Below are positions 41,642 to 51,940 of a DNA stretch of 64,000 nt, in pieces. The notes under the pieces are model-generated. The model did no database searches, was not told the origin of the DNA, and saw only the letters and a list, made by a program, of their open reading frames with translations. The DNA comes from Spirochaetota bacterium (GTDB lineage Bacteria; Spirochaetota; UBA4802; UBA5550), in contig OY760686.1 in assembly GCA_963663865.1 (NCBI GenBank), forward strand, positions 2,784,001-2,848,000, written 5' to 3'. Position numbers and translations under genes: made by a program. How positions within the stretch are numbered: the first letter of the stretch is position 1; every line of letters begins with the position of its first letter.

Positions 41642-41897
41642 GTTAATAAAACAATCTATTTTCATAAATAATTTTTCAGTTTAGGGCGGTGTTGATGGAC
41701 ATGAATTTGAGCGAGGATAAACATGTCTTGTAGAAATATAATCCCGAAGGAGTGCCGCAAAATGACATTTTTCTCTTCAACTTAAACACTAAGGTGTTTT
41801 GTCAAGGATATACTATCTAACATATTATATATTTTTAAATATTAAAAGGGATTACATAGGAACAAAAAAATATCAAATAAATTAATGGAGGAATACA

Positions 41898-44645
41898 GTG
41901 TTAAAAAAGATTTTCGTTCCCTTAATGATGTTGTTTTTATTTTCATCCTGTAACAGTATCAACAATGATCAATTGAATGAGGAGGAGTCGATTACAGTTG
42001 ATTCAGTTAATCCTGAAAATTATTTTGTTACGTTAAAGTATTCTGATTTGCAGGCTAATGTCAGTAGTTCAAAAAAATATGTTGGGTCTGCAGATGTAGG
42101 AAATAAATCGTCAGTCGTCATTTTAAGGAGTGGCGGAGTATTTTGCAACTTCTCTACAAACTCATTGATAAAGAAATCAGATTATTATACATCTGATGGA
42201 GATGTTGCCATTATCAATGGTGTAAATGAAGGCCGCATGGGCTACAATGAATACCTTTCAGATAATAGCGACACATTTTTATCTTCAAATATAACGCCTT
42301 TAAACTACTTCGATATCTACGATATAAATAATGGAGAATTGAGTCAATCAGTACCCATTGTTTTTGAATATGATACTTCAGCAGTTGATACAACAAACCA
42401 ACAGATTGTAGATGCTGGAGGCACTAACTGGCTTTTTTTAACAGAGTCTGATTTGGGTGTTTATAAATATAATAAAAAAACTGGTTTATGGGAAGAGTTC
42501 AACAGTAATGTAACACAAAATGAAGACCAGAATTATTTCAATATGAATATAAGCCACGAGGGTGTTTTTTGCTGTGCATTTAAACAGGCAGCAATGACCA
42601 GATTGAGTGAATATATGGGACAAAATCCTGTAGTTCACAATAATTTGTTGATCAGTCTTACTTCAAATAAGTTAACTGAGGAAAATTCAGTTAAAACAGC
42701 AGGCCAGCAAACAAAAGAAATTCCATATAGTGATTTTTCAAAAGAATTTCCTTCAGATGAGGAAAACAATTGTAGTGCCAAGGTTTGGAAGATTGACGCT
42801 TCATCTTGGTTTAGTACATTTAATAGTCAATGCGAAATTCATGATTGGTGCTACAGGTACGGGAAGAATACATATGGATACAATAAATCATACTGTGATT
42901 CACAATTTAGAAATGATTTGCTTCACAGATGTACCACTTTCTTGCCGAATCCTTTTGACCCAACAATAAAAATTACACTTAACTTCGGTATAACCAAAGT
43001 TAAAATCAGAGTTCCAAATCCTCTGTATGCAGCTTTGGAATTGATTTATGTACCAGAAAGAATTGCTTGTGGTGTTGTTGCACTAGCAATGTGGGGTTCT
43101 GTTGAACTTTGGGGAAATGATGCATATCATAATGGGCAAAAAGATGGTGGTTGTTATGATTATAAAGACTCAGGTGTCAGTTGCCCAGACTTTAAAAATG
43201 GTATAATAACAACATCGAATGTTGCACCTGTTTTCCCAAATAATGCAACTAGTTTTTATTCTGTTTTAGAGCCCCATAACCTAAGTTATACATATAGTGA
43301 CGAACAAGAAATTTTCGAAGCTTCCAAGCTTATTCCAATAATGATTGAGAGCGGTAATAGTCAGGAATTTTACGTTTACATTGATAGCAATGTTGACAGT
43401 AATCACGCTAAAACCGTTAACAATACTGAATGGAGCGTAGATGATGGCACTGCCGGTCATTTTAATGCAACAACATCAACTACAAATTCAATAACTTTTT
43501 ATGCTGATAGTGATGCGGCCCCAGGACAGTACATGATAAAAGCAACACTTTATGGAAACGACGGTCAAGTGATGGGAATGTTTAATAGACCTATCATGAT
43601 ATCTCGTACTTCATATACTTATGAAGCAATCGTTAATACACTGGACAAGTTACCAGATGGCAAATACTGGTATGTAAAAGGTCCAACGCCTACTGACCCA
43701 TCTAAATGTAATCCTTATGCTCGGCTCACTGGCAGCAAAGCTGAAGTGCTGAATTACTATTCTATACATCCGGAGCATTTATACTGTATGGATGTGTTAA
43801 AAAAAGATCTTACTGATTATTCAAATGTGAGCACATTAAGATGGAAAGCTTACCAGCCTTTAGCGAATTACGGAAATAATGAAGCTTTTCATTATTTTTA
43901 TACTACATATTCCAGTAATGATCCAAGTATTTCTTGCCTTGAAGGAGTAACATCTTACTATAATGGGGTTTCAATTAACCTACCTGTGTCAATGGGAGTT
44001 ATTTCTTCAAACTCATCTTCAGAGGAGTTGCATAAACTATGGGGGCCAAGTTATGAACCATTGACGTATTTTGTAGGTTATAACGGCAGAAAAGTGGTTG
44101 GATGGCTGCCTTATCTTAGTGAAAAAGATACATTGAAATATAAAATTATATCTGCAATAGAAAGTGCACCAGAAGGTTCATTGTTTCAGATATTTACTGA
44201 AAATACTTGCAGTCCGTTGAAACCTTATCCGTTTCATACATATACTTCATCAAAAGCTGAAGCATTACAATGGGTTAATAATTTTTCTAATAGTAATTCT
44301 GCTGACGCTTTAGCAAGATTTAGCATCGTAGCAAATCCAGAGGTGCAAGACAGTGGGGAGGTGCCTTTGTATAAATGCACCATTTGCTCCCCTTTAGGTA
44401 CTCAAACTGTATGCACGACAAATCCTGATAATGATAGTTTTATTCATACGATAAAGTATGCCACATATTATATGGGATATATCAATGATATAACGATAGA
44501 GTCTGATATTATTGGATATATACACACTTCTCAAAAACAGAATTCAAAACCAGTCTATGATATTACATATGAATTTAATGGAGACAGCTTTAGTCAAAAA
44601 ACGGGAGAATGGAGAGTTATTGGCTACAAAACCAAGATTTATTAA
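41898..44645 (+). CDS. Large Cys-rich lipoprotein with prokaryotic phospholipase A2-like domain
   Basis: FSSC lipobox; NCS..F...CEIHDWCY..YCDSQF..DL..RC..C; C-terminal VPLY..IIGYI repeat-like segments; AT-rich. Confidence 0.75.
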   Translation: MLKKIFVPLMMLFLFSSCNSINNDQLNEEESITVDSVNPENYFVTLKYSDLQANVSSSKKYVGSADVGNKSSVVILRSGGVFCNFSTNSLIKKSDYYTSDGDVAIINGVNEGRMGYNEYLSDNSDTFLSSNITPLNYFDIYDINNGELSQSVPIVFEYDTSAVDTTNQQIVDAGGTNWLFLTESDLGVYKYNKKTGLWEEFNSNVTQNEDQNYFNMNISHEGVFCCAFKQAAMTRLSEYMGQNPVVHNNLLISLTSNKLTEENSVKTAGQQTKEIPYSDFSKEFPSDEENNCSAKVWKIDASSWFSTFNSQCEIHDWCYRYGKNTYGYNKSYCDSQFRNDLLHRCTTFLPNPFDPTIKITLNFGITKVKIRVPNPLYAALELIYVPERIACGVVALAMWGSVELWGNDAYHNGQKDGGCYDYKDSGVSCPDFKNGIITTSNVAPVFPNNATSFYSVLEPHNLSYTYSDEQEIFEASKLIPIMIESGNSQEFYVYIDSNVDSNHAKTVNNTEWSVDDGTAGHFNATTSTTNSITFYADSDAAPGQYMIKATLYGNDGQVMGMFNRPIMISRTSYTYEAIVNTLDKLPDGKYWYVKGPTPTDPSKCNPYARLTGSKAEVLNYYSIHPEHLYCMDVLKKDLTDYSNVSTLRWKAYQPLANYGNNEAFHYFYTTYSSNDPSISCLEGVTSYYNGVSINLPVSMGVISSNSSSEELHKLWGPSYEPLTYFVGYNGRKVVGWLPYLSEKDTLKYKIISAIESAPEGSLFQIFTENTCSPLKPYPFHTYTSSKAEALQWVNNFSNSNSADALARFSIVANPEVQDSGEVPLYKCTICSPLGTQTVCTTNPDNDSFIHTIKYATYYMGYINDITIESDIIGYIHTSQKQNSKPVYDITYEFNGDSFSQKTGEWRVIGYKTKIY

Positions 44646-44669
44646 TTTACAAAAACTAGAAGTGTAAAT

Positions 44670-44723
44670 ATAAGATACAAAAGGGGTCCAGAATACAAAT
44701 TGCAAACCCCTTTTGTATCTTAT
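44670..44723. terminator. 18-bp perfect inverted repeat after PLA2 gene
   Basis: ATAAGATACAAAAGGGGT..ACCCCTTTTGTATCTTAT. Confidence 0.65.
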
Positions 44724-44732
44724 TGCTTTATT

Positions 44733-45440
44733 ATGCATATTCGTAAGCGTCAAATTGACGGCGGAGCAAATGTTACTATGAATCAAATTATTGAAGACTG
44801 TTTCGGCGCCATTCTTCATATTCAGGAAAATGCTGATACTTATGGCATTGATCAAAACAAACTTGCTGTCACCGGCGACAGTGCCGGGGGTCATCTTTCT
44901 GCCGTTATGGTCAACATGAGTGATCTCATAGGCGAAGGGGGATGGGGTACGACTGCCGGAGTTTATGAGTTTGTACCAACATATATGCCTGATGGAATGA
45001 CAGTTGCGCAAGCTAAAACAGCAATACAAAACTCAATTCTTGCAGGCGCCCCCAGCTATGGAGTTTTTGAAGCGGCAAGGCTGACATCAGTAGACGAGTC
45101 AATTCGAACTTACGTTGCTCCGCAGGCAAATATTCCTGATACTGCGGGTGGTGGTAGAACACTTGCACCGCAATATGTATCAGTGGGAAGTGAGGATACA
45201 ACTGTAATAACAGGTAACGACAACGGCGACCAGGCTGAATTGAATGGCCCTATTACCTATCACAATGCGCTGCTTGCTGCTGGTCAATCTTCTACATGGC
45301 GTCTGGTAGACGGTGCGACTCATGCCTACTTCGACTGGAAGCCAGACCCTACCACTCAGGCAACGTACAACAGTACTGGTGAAACAGAAATGACTTTGAT
45401 GATGCAGTTCTTTGACACTGTGTTCTACCCAGCACCTTAA
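44733..45440 (+). pseudogene. N-terminally truncated HSL-family alpha/beta hydrolase
   Basis: GDSAGG, GSED, H(AYF) present; no HGGG motif, RBS or signal; frame starts inside or just after a terminator. Confidence 0.65.
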
Positions 45441-45456
45441 ATAACAAACAACCGCT

Positions 45457-45489
45457 AAAAAAACTGCCCCTCAGGGGGCGGTTTTTTTT
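45457..45489 (+). terminator. Bidirectional intrinsic terminator
   Basis: A7-CTGCCCC..GGGGCGG-T8. Confidence 0.7.
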
Positions 45490-45604
45490 CGTTTATTAAA
45501 CTTCTCCAATCCCCATCAACCCGATAATTACAAGACATTCCAGCAATTATGTTTATATTTACCCATTGCTGTGCCGAGATATTTTAATCCTTCATCAATC
45601 AACT

Positions 45605-45634
45605 GAAAAAGCCGCCTTTCAGGGGCGGCTTTTC
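45605..45634 (-). terminator. Intrinsic terminator of the peptidase-inhibitor operon
   Basis: AAAAGCCGCC..GGCGGCTTTT. Confidence 0.65.
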
Positions 45635-45658
45635 TCAATGTACTGATTGAATTAAATC

Positions 45659-46033
45659 TTATTTTATTTCCACTCCGACATCACAGCTTTTCACTGTCTC
45701 ACCAGAGGGATTTTTGTACTTTAAACTGATAATGGCCCCCCCTGATTTGAGCGCCTTGAATGTAATGACCTGTACATCCGGAGCACCGGTTATATCTCCG
45801 CCGGCGGTAATAACACCATCGGATATCTTTGCGATCGACTCTTCTGTGTATTCCGCATGCCACGCGTAACCGGTTGAAAGACTGGCGCTGAGTTTTAGTG
45901 AAAACTCCTCTCCGACAGCGACTACCGCGACTGACTTTGAGCCTTCTTCACCGCTGAGAATAAACTCCCTGGGGCCTTTACATCCCCCTAAAAACAAAGC
46001 TAAAACTGCTGTAAGCATTAATATGCGCTTCAT
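45659..46033 (-). CDS. Chagasin/I42-like cysteine protease inhibitor lipoprotein
   Basis: LGGC lipobox; VGEEFSLKL..STGYAW, GAP, FKALKSG pattern. Confidence 0.78.
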   Translation of the reverse strand: MKRILMLTAVLALFLGGCKGPREFILSGEEGSKSVAVVAVGEEFSLKLSASLSTGYAWHAEYTEESIAKISDGVITAGGDITGAPDVQVITFKALKSGGAIISLKYKNPSGETVKSCDVGVEIK

Positions 46034-46043
46034 GTTTCCTCCT

Positions 46044-47324
46044 CTATTTTCTCTCAACAACTATCCATGCCGCACCGTAGCCGATATTATTGCAGCCATA
46101 CTCAACCCAGACATATCCCTTTTCACCCCAGCGCTCGCCCCATGAGTTTTTGACCAGATAGGCCTTTTTGGAATCGTCCCAGCCCACAATCGTAATAGCG
46201 TGGTTAATGTCCCTTGAACCGCTAACAGGAGCATGTTCATCGAATATCCCTCCGGCATATGCCTGGAACGCCGGCGTGACCTTTACGCACGCGGCAACAG
46301 GGCCGTACTTGCAGAGCGCCTCCTTCATCTGCTGAACTGACGGGATCCCGGCATCCGGTTTAACGTAGCCCCACGCGGCGATTTTATATTTGGACTGTCC
46401 TCCCGGACGGCACACATCCTCTTTCACCTTGTAGGGTATCTTTGATTCGAGCTGCGCGCTCTTATTTTTGTAGTTATCGAAAACACCTCCATACCAACCG
46501 CCGTTGCAGCTGCCGGCATCACGGCCATTGTTGTACGAAGCGCAGTCAAGAATTTCCTGCTCAGAAAACTTGACAAGCTCGCCGTTACGAATCAGCCAGT
46601 TTGCTTCAAGAACAGCGCCTGAGGTAAAGGCCCAGCAGCTGCCGCAGCTGCCCTGATTTTTTACAGGCGATACCATCTTCCTGTCAAGCCAGGTAAATGC
46701 CGGAAGCGCAGGGCTCGGCGGGCTAAGGATATCTGTTTCAAGCTTATCCCCTTCAAGCTCGTTTTCTTTTTTTTCAAGCTCTGCCATCTCCTTCTCTAAG
46801 CGCTTCTTCTCCTCAAGACGTTTTCTTTCTTCGGCAAGCCGTTTCTGTTCCTCAAGCCGTTTTCTTTTCTCCTCCGCCTTTCTGCGTTCAGCTTCACGCT
46901 CCTTCTTTCTGTCTCTAAACAGGTGGCTGTATTTTTTCTTAAAGCTGTCCCACTCGTTGGAGCTGATATTCCACTTCACGCTCGCATCGCGCTCAAGACC
47001 TTCAGGAGTCTCAGCCCCGGTAATATCAGCAATTTTGTACTTCATCTGCTCGGTAAGCTCTGCCTTAAACTTCAGATTTCTCTTCTTGATATCTGCAAGA
47101 GTCTGACTCATAAGCTCCTTTATTTCCTCATTGCTCCTCTGAATGGCTTCTCTGTCAGACTGAAAACGCTTGAGAATGTCATCCTTAGTGGTGTAGCTTT
47201 GCGCCAGCAGCGCTCCTTTTTTTGAGGGGGATGAGGCCGTATCCGACAGGATAAATACCAGGGCGAATACCGCAACAGCCGCGGCTGTCACCATCGGACT
47301 ACGCTTGATAAGATTTCGTTTCAT
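46044..47324 (-). CDS. Papain-family (C1A) cysteine peptidase, secreted, with charged coiled-coil pro-region
   Basis: QGSCGSCWAF, NHAITIVGW, KNSWG..WGEKGY. Confidence 0.93.
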   Translation of the reverse strand: MKRNLIKRSPMVTAAAVAVFALVFILSDTASSPSKKGALLAQSYTTKDDILKRFQSDREAIQRSNEEIKELMSQTLADIKKRNLKFKAELTEQMKYKIADITGAETPEGLERDASVKWNISSNEWDSFKKKYSHLFRDRKKEREAERRKAEEKRKRLEEQKRLAEERKRLEEKKRLEKEMAELEKKENELEGDKLETDILSPPSPALPAFTWLDRKMVSPVKNQGSCGSCWAFTSGAVLEANWLIRNGELVKFSEQEILDCASYNNGRDAGSCNGGWYGGVFDNYKNKSAQLESKIPYKVKEDVCRPGGQSKYKIAAWGYVKPDAGIPSVQQMKEALCKYGPVAACVKVTPAFQAYAGGIFDEHAPVSGSRDINHAITIVGWDDSKKAYLVKNSWGERWGEKGYVWVEYGCNNIGYGAAWIVVERK

Positions 47325-47794
47325 TTCTGCACCTTCCGGTAATATTTCTCTGTTATTGATACACTATAGCGGAATACAGTTCAAGAAATATTTATCCTCT
47401 CACACCTATTTCACAACATACATCAGCCCATTTTTTCTGTTTTACCCCGCTCTTCGGGAGATGAAACTATTTCCCGAAAGAAAAATCCTACTCTAATACC
47501 GCGGAAAAATGCGGTTCTTTTTCCCAAAATGAGCATCTCAATTATTGTTATATTTCGATACTGTAGAGCATAGATATGAATTTTTAATATTCAAAAATTT
47601 AACTCTTGACATTGACTGTAACATATATTTTATAAAAATTATGAATGGATTTCCGACACACAAAATATCATAGAATATTTTACCTCCGGCTCCCGGAGAG
47701 TTTCATACTGTTTTTTTCATAAAATTACAGATTTCAATCATCAGGTTTTTTACAGTTTCAATCTGAGATCTATATTCAATCAAGCGGTGCGTAA

Positions 47795-50611
47795 GTGATA
47801 GGATTCCTGAAATCATTACAATCAGACATATCCACCAGGATTGACCCGTCGCTGCAGTGCAGTTCCAGAGTACTGTTTACTATAGTGATATCTATTCTGA
47901 TATTTGTACCGCCATTCAGCCTGCTGCTGTATTACATAAACGGACAGAGCTGGCTAATGCTCCTTGTATCCTTTACTCTCTGGATCTTACTGATTATTTC
48001 TCTCTGCTTTCTCCGAAACGGCCGTTACTACGCCTCAGCCCACATTGCTCTTATTTCAATGCTTTCAATGCTCTGGATAGTTCTGATTCTCAAATCAACC
48101 GGTATTGTTAATACAATTATTGAACCTGTAATATTCATTCCGTCTGTTCTAATAGCAACCCCGCTTCTCGTTTCCGCGAAGAAAAGGCACGCTATTGTTT
48201 ACTACGCGGTCAATCTCGCCTTGTTTCTTACTTTCATTATTTGCAAACCTGAGATATTAGGATTCTTTCTTCTTGATTTTGCCACAATCAGCAACCTTAT
48301 TGTAATCTCATTTATGGTCATACTGGTTTATCAGCTTTTCAGGATTCACAGTAAAACTAATCTTGAGCTTGTTGATTCCAAAAGAGTAATTGATGAACGC
48401 AATTCAGAGCTGACTTTAATGAACAGCCAGCTCGAAAGATACAATAGCGAACTTATAATATTTCACGGCGAGCTTGAAAGGGCCAACTCACGATATGTGA
48501 CCCTTGTAAACAGCACTGATTCTATAATTCTAACCACAAACAATAAGGGCGTCTGCACATTCGTCAACAGTGCCGTTGAAAAATCCACCGGGTACCGTCC
48601 CTATGAGATCATAGGCAGACACATGGCCGATTTCCTTAGTCCAAACGATGCTGAAAAGATTATATCCCAGATTACAGAACTCCTTACAACAGGTAGGAAA
48701 AACTCAAGGTTCGAGTTTGACTTTTTTAACAGAGACGGCTCAATTTCAAGCTACATCATGTTTTTATCTCTGATGAAGGATGAAAACAATGATTTCATCG
48801 AAGCACATACAATCTGTACTGATATTACCCAAATAAAAAAGGCTGAAAAAACTATTGTTAAACAGAATGAACAGCTCAGAATAAGCAACCAGAAGTTTGA
48901 GACACTTTACGCGGAGTTGATTAAAAGCCAGATTGATATCCTTGAAAGCGAAAAAAAGTACAAAGACCTTTACGAGAATGCCCTTGTCGGTATGAGTACT
49001 ATCAGATTTTCGTCGTCTGAAATATTGAAAGTCAATTCCACCGCCGCAGAAATGCTTGGCTATTCAAACCCCTCTGACATTATCGGAAACATTACGGTGG
49101 AAGAGCTTTTCTTCGACAAAGCTGAATTTGATGTCATTTCAGCAGAAACAGAAAACGTGAACCAGTACTACAGGTCTGATGTAAGGCTCAAACGAAAAGA
49201 TGGCTCCGACATCTGGATTGAGCTTTCAACAAGGATCGATCACGTTCTTGATATCGCCGAGATAGCTATAATTGACATAACCAAGAGAAAACTTGCGGAA
49301 GACAACGTAATCAAGCTTACCTTCTACGATCATCTGACCGGACTACCCAACAGAAAGATGTTTACAGATGCTCTCAAAAATGAAATTAGCCGAAAGCTGA
49401 GAAAGGCAGACAGTAAGGTCTTCGCAGTTGCGTGCATAGGAGTTGACCGATTCAAACACATTAATGAAATACACGGAACCGCAACTGGAGACCGGCTGCT
49501 CAAAGAGGTTTCATCACGGTTAAAGGAAACATTCCGGAACGACGACGTCATATCCAGACTTGACAGTGATAAATTCATTGTTCTGTTCTCCGATATTGCA
49601 GCAGAATTCGACATTGTCTCAATCGTAAAAAAAACTGAAGCCTCATTCACCCCCCCCTTCCTTGTCGATGATCTCAGACTGAACATCAGCGTATCGCAGG
49701 GCGTCTGCATTTTTCCTCACGACGGAGACACAGCCGAGGAGCTGATCAACAACTGTGAAATTGCCATGTACATGGCGAAGGACAAGGGACTGTCGGCCTA
49801 CCATCTCTTCGACGCCGGAATGAACAGAAAGTTCATCGAAAGGATTAAACTCGAAAACGAGATGAAAACGGCCATTTCCGGAAATCAGTTTGAAGTCTAC
49901 TATCAGCCGATTGTTGACAGCTATGGCGATATCGCAGGAATGGAGGCCCTCCTCAGGTGGAACTCGCCTGTGCATGGGTTCATAAGTCCGGCCGAGTTTA
50001 TCGGGCTGGCGGAAAAAAATGGAATGATAATCGACATAGGCAAGCTTGTTCTTTTAGAGGCATGCTCCTGCAATAAACGCTGGCAGCAAATGGGCTGCAA
50101 GCCGATGAAAGTATCGGTTAACATTTCACCCTTTCAGCTGAAACACGACGGACTTGTCAGCATTGTTGAATCAACCCTGGAACAGTCTGGATTATCAGCG
50201 GAATGGCTTGAGCTCGAAATAACAGAGAGCGGAATCATTGAAAACGAAGCAGCTGCCATAGCAAAGCTCGGTCATCTCAGAGAGCTCGGAATATCAATCT
50301 CAATTGATGACTTCGGGACAGGATACTCTTCTTTGAGCAAGCTGAAAGACTATCCCATTAATACACTCAAAATCGACAAAGCCTTCATTGACGAAGTCCC
50401 CGAAAACCTGAAATCAGCCACACTCGCTATAACCATAATTGATCTGGCTCACAATCTCGGTTTCTCCGTAGTCGCGGAAGGCATTGAGAAAATTGAGCAG
50501 TATTCATTTCTGAAGGAACAATGCTGTGACCGTCTTCAAGGCTACTATTTCAGCAGGCCTGTTCCCGCTGAGGAATTTGAAAAGCTGTTGTTCAGCCAGT
50601 TGATGATATAA
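47795..50611 (+). CDS. Membrane PAS-PAS-GGDEF(degenerate)-EAL c-di-GMP phosphodiesterase
   Basis: Multiple TMs; DHLTGLPNR; GGDEF replaced by DSDKF; intact EALLRW, ELEITE, DDFGTGYSS, AEGIE, QGYYFS. Confidence 0.92.
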   Translation: MIGFLKSLQSDISTRIDPSLQCSSRVLFTIVISILIFVPPFSLLLYYINGQSWLMLLVSFTLWILLIISLCFLRNGRYYASAHIALISMLSMLWIVLILKSTGIVNTIIEPVIFIPSVLIATPLLVSAKKRHAIVYYAVNLALFLTFIICKPEILGFFLLDFATISNLIVISFMVILVYQLFRIHSKTNLELVDSKRVIDERNSELTLMNSQLERYNSELIIFHGELERANSRYVTLVNSTDSIILTTNNKGVCTFVNSAVEKSTGYRPYEIIGRHMADFLSPNDAEKIISQITELLTTGRKNSRFEFDFFNRDGSISSYIMFLSLMKDENNDFIEAHTICTDITQIKKAEKTIVKQNEQLRISNQKFETLYAELIKSQIDILESEKKYKDLYENALVGMSTIRFSSSEILKVNSTAAEMLGYSNPSDIIGNITVEELFFDKAEFDVISAETENVNQYYRSDVRLKRKDGSDIWIELSTRIDHVLDIAEIAIIDITKRKLAEDNVIKLTFYDHLTGLPNRKMFTDALKNEISRKLRKADSKVFAVACIGVDRFKHINEIHGTATGDRLLKEVSSRLKETFRNDDVISRLDSDKFIVLFSDIAAEFDIVSIVKKTEASFTPPFLVDDLRLNISVSQGVCIFPHDGDTAEELINNCEIAMYMAKDKGLSAYHLFDAGMNRKFIERIKLENEMKTAISGNQFEVYYQPIVDSYGDIAGMEALLRWNSPVHGFISPAEFIGLAEKNGMIIDIGKLVLLEACSCNKRWQQMGCKPMKVSVNISPFQLKHDGLVSIVESTLEQSGLSAEWLELEITESGIIENEAAAIAKLGHLRELGISISIDDFGTGYSSLSKLKDYPINTLKIDKAFIDEVPENLKSATLAITIIDLAHNLGFSVVAEGIEKIEQYSFLKEQCCDRLQGYYFSRPVPAEEFEKLLFSQLMI

Positions 50612-51691
50612 TCAAATCCTTACTCCGGCGGCGGAGCATATTTCCTCTGTCATCTTTGACAGAGGAACAACCCTGTCTACCGCCCCGAGCTTGATAGCCT
50701 CCTTCGGCATCCCGAAAACGACTGAGCTCTTCTCATCCTGCGCCAGGTTAAACGCGCCCGCTTCCTTCATCTCAAGCATGCCCTTTGCACCGTCGTCTCC
50801 CATGCCCGTCATTATGACACCAACGGCATTTTTCCCCGCTGAATAGGCCGCGGACCTGAAAAGGACATCAACGGACGGCCTGTGCCTCGTAACAAGAGGG
50901 CCATCCTTCACCTCGACATAGTACTCAGCACCCCTTCTCTTGAGGAGGGTGTGCATATTTCCAGGAGCTATCAGAGCCTGCCCCTTCAATATCCGGTCGC
51001 CGTTTGAAGCCTCTTTTACGTGAATGCGGCAGACACCGTCAAGTCTGTTGGCAAAATCCCGCGTGAACTGCTCCGGCATGTGCTGGACAACAATTATGCC
51101 GGGAACATCAAGAGGCATTCTTTCAAGAATATCTTTCAGCGCCTCTGTGCCTCCCGTTGAGGCCCCAATCACTATCACCCGGTCCGTTGTTTCCGTAAGA
51201 ATACTTTTTTTTCGGGGAATGATAACATCCGCGCTGCGTTTTGGCTGATGTTCAGCTAACATCGCCGAGGCGGATATTTTTTTTAACTTCGCACTTACCG
51301 CGGCTCTCACCGAGTCGACAATTCTGATTTTAGATTCTTCTATAAACTGCTTAGTTCCCATCTGAGGCTTTGTGATCACGTCAACAGCTCCATAGGACAT
51401 TGCCTTGAACATTGAGTCTGAACCTGTAACCGCTAGGCTCGAGCAGATTATTACAGGAATCGGGTGCTGGGTCATTATCTTCTGAAGGAAGGTTAGGCCG
51501 TCCATGCCAGGCATCTCTATATCAAGGATTATAACGTCGGGCAGCTGTTCCGAAATCTTCGTGACCGCTCTGTACGGGTCTGAAACAGCGGCAAGCACCT
51601 CAATATCGGGCTCTTCAAGCAATATTGAGGATATGGTCTGCCTGACAACAGCAGAATCGTCAACAATCATCACCTTTATTCTCTCAGCCAA
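50612..51691 (-). CDS. cheB: Chemotaxis methylesterase CheB
   Basis: REC domain + [16 protein letters not shown]. Confidence 0.96.
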   Translation of the reverse strand: MAERIKVMIVDDSAVVRQTISSILLEEPDIEVLAAVSDPYRAVTKISEQLPDVIILDIEMPGMDGLTFLQKIMTQHPIPVIICSSLAVTGSDSMFKAMSYGAVDVITKPQMGTKQFIEESKIRIVDSVRAAVSAKLKKISASAMLAEHQPKRSADVIIPRKKSILTETTDRVIVIGASTGGTEALKDILERMPLDVPGIIVVQHMPEQFTRDFANRLDGVCRIHVKEASNGDRILKGQALIAPGNMHTLLKRRGAEYYVEVKDGPLVTRHRPSVDVLFRSAAYSAGKNAVGVIMTGMGDDGAKGMLEMKEAGAFNLAQDEKSSVVFGMPKEAIKLGAVDRVVPLSKMTEEICSAAGVRI

Positions 51692-51817
51692 AACAGCCTC
51701 CAGTCATTACGATTTGACCCGGCCTTGCCGGAGGCAGCCGCTGCCCCTCTGCCTGACAATACATCTCATGACAGCTGAATAACAATCAACGAGCTCTATC
51801 CGCCGTCATTGAACACC

Positions 51818-51845
51818 ATTATAACAACAAAGTATGATAATACAA
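51818..51845 (-). promoter_or_regulatory. Internal extended -10 promoter for cheB
   Basis: TTGTAT-N16-TATAAT with TGn extension in the cheR-cheB gap. Confidence 0.55.
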
Positions 51846-51940
51846 GTCAGTTATTCTGACTTAATAAAATGTTCGACAAAGATTTTTCCAATCATCATCG
51901 GTCGTATCCGGGTATTTCATCCGTCTCAAACCCGATGATG

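Noticed and set aside
41760-41810. GGTGTTTTGTCAA resembling an IS terminal repeat inside the AT-rich island
   Set aside because: No partner repeat or transposase remnant found
51692-51815. c-di-GMP-I riboswitch in the cheB, cheX or MCP leaders
   Set aside because: Hairpins are present, but the GGCAAA..GAAA..GACGCAAAG consensus was not found
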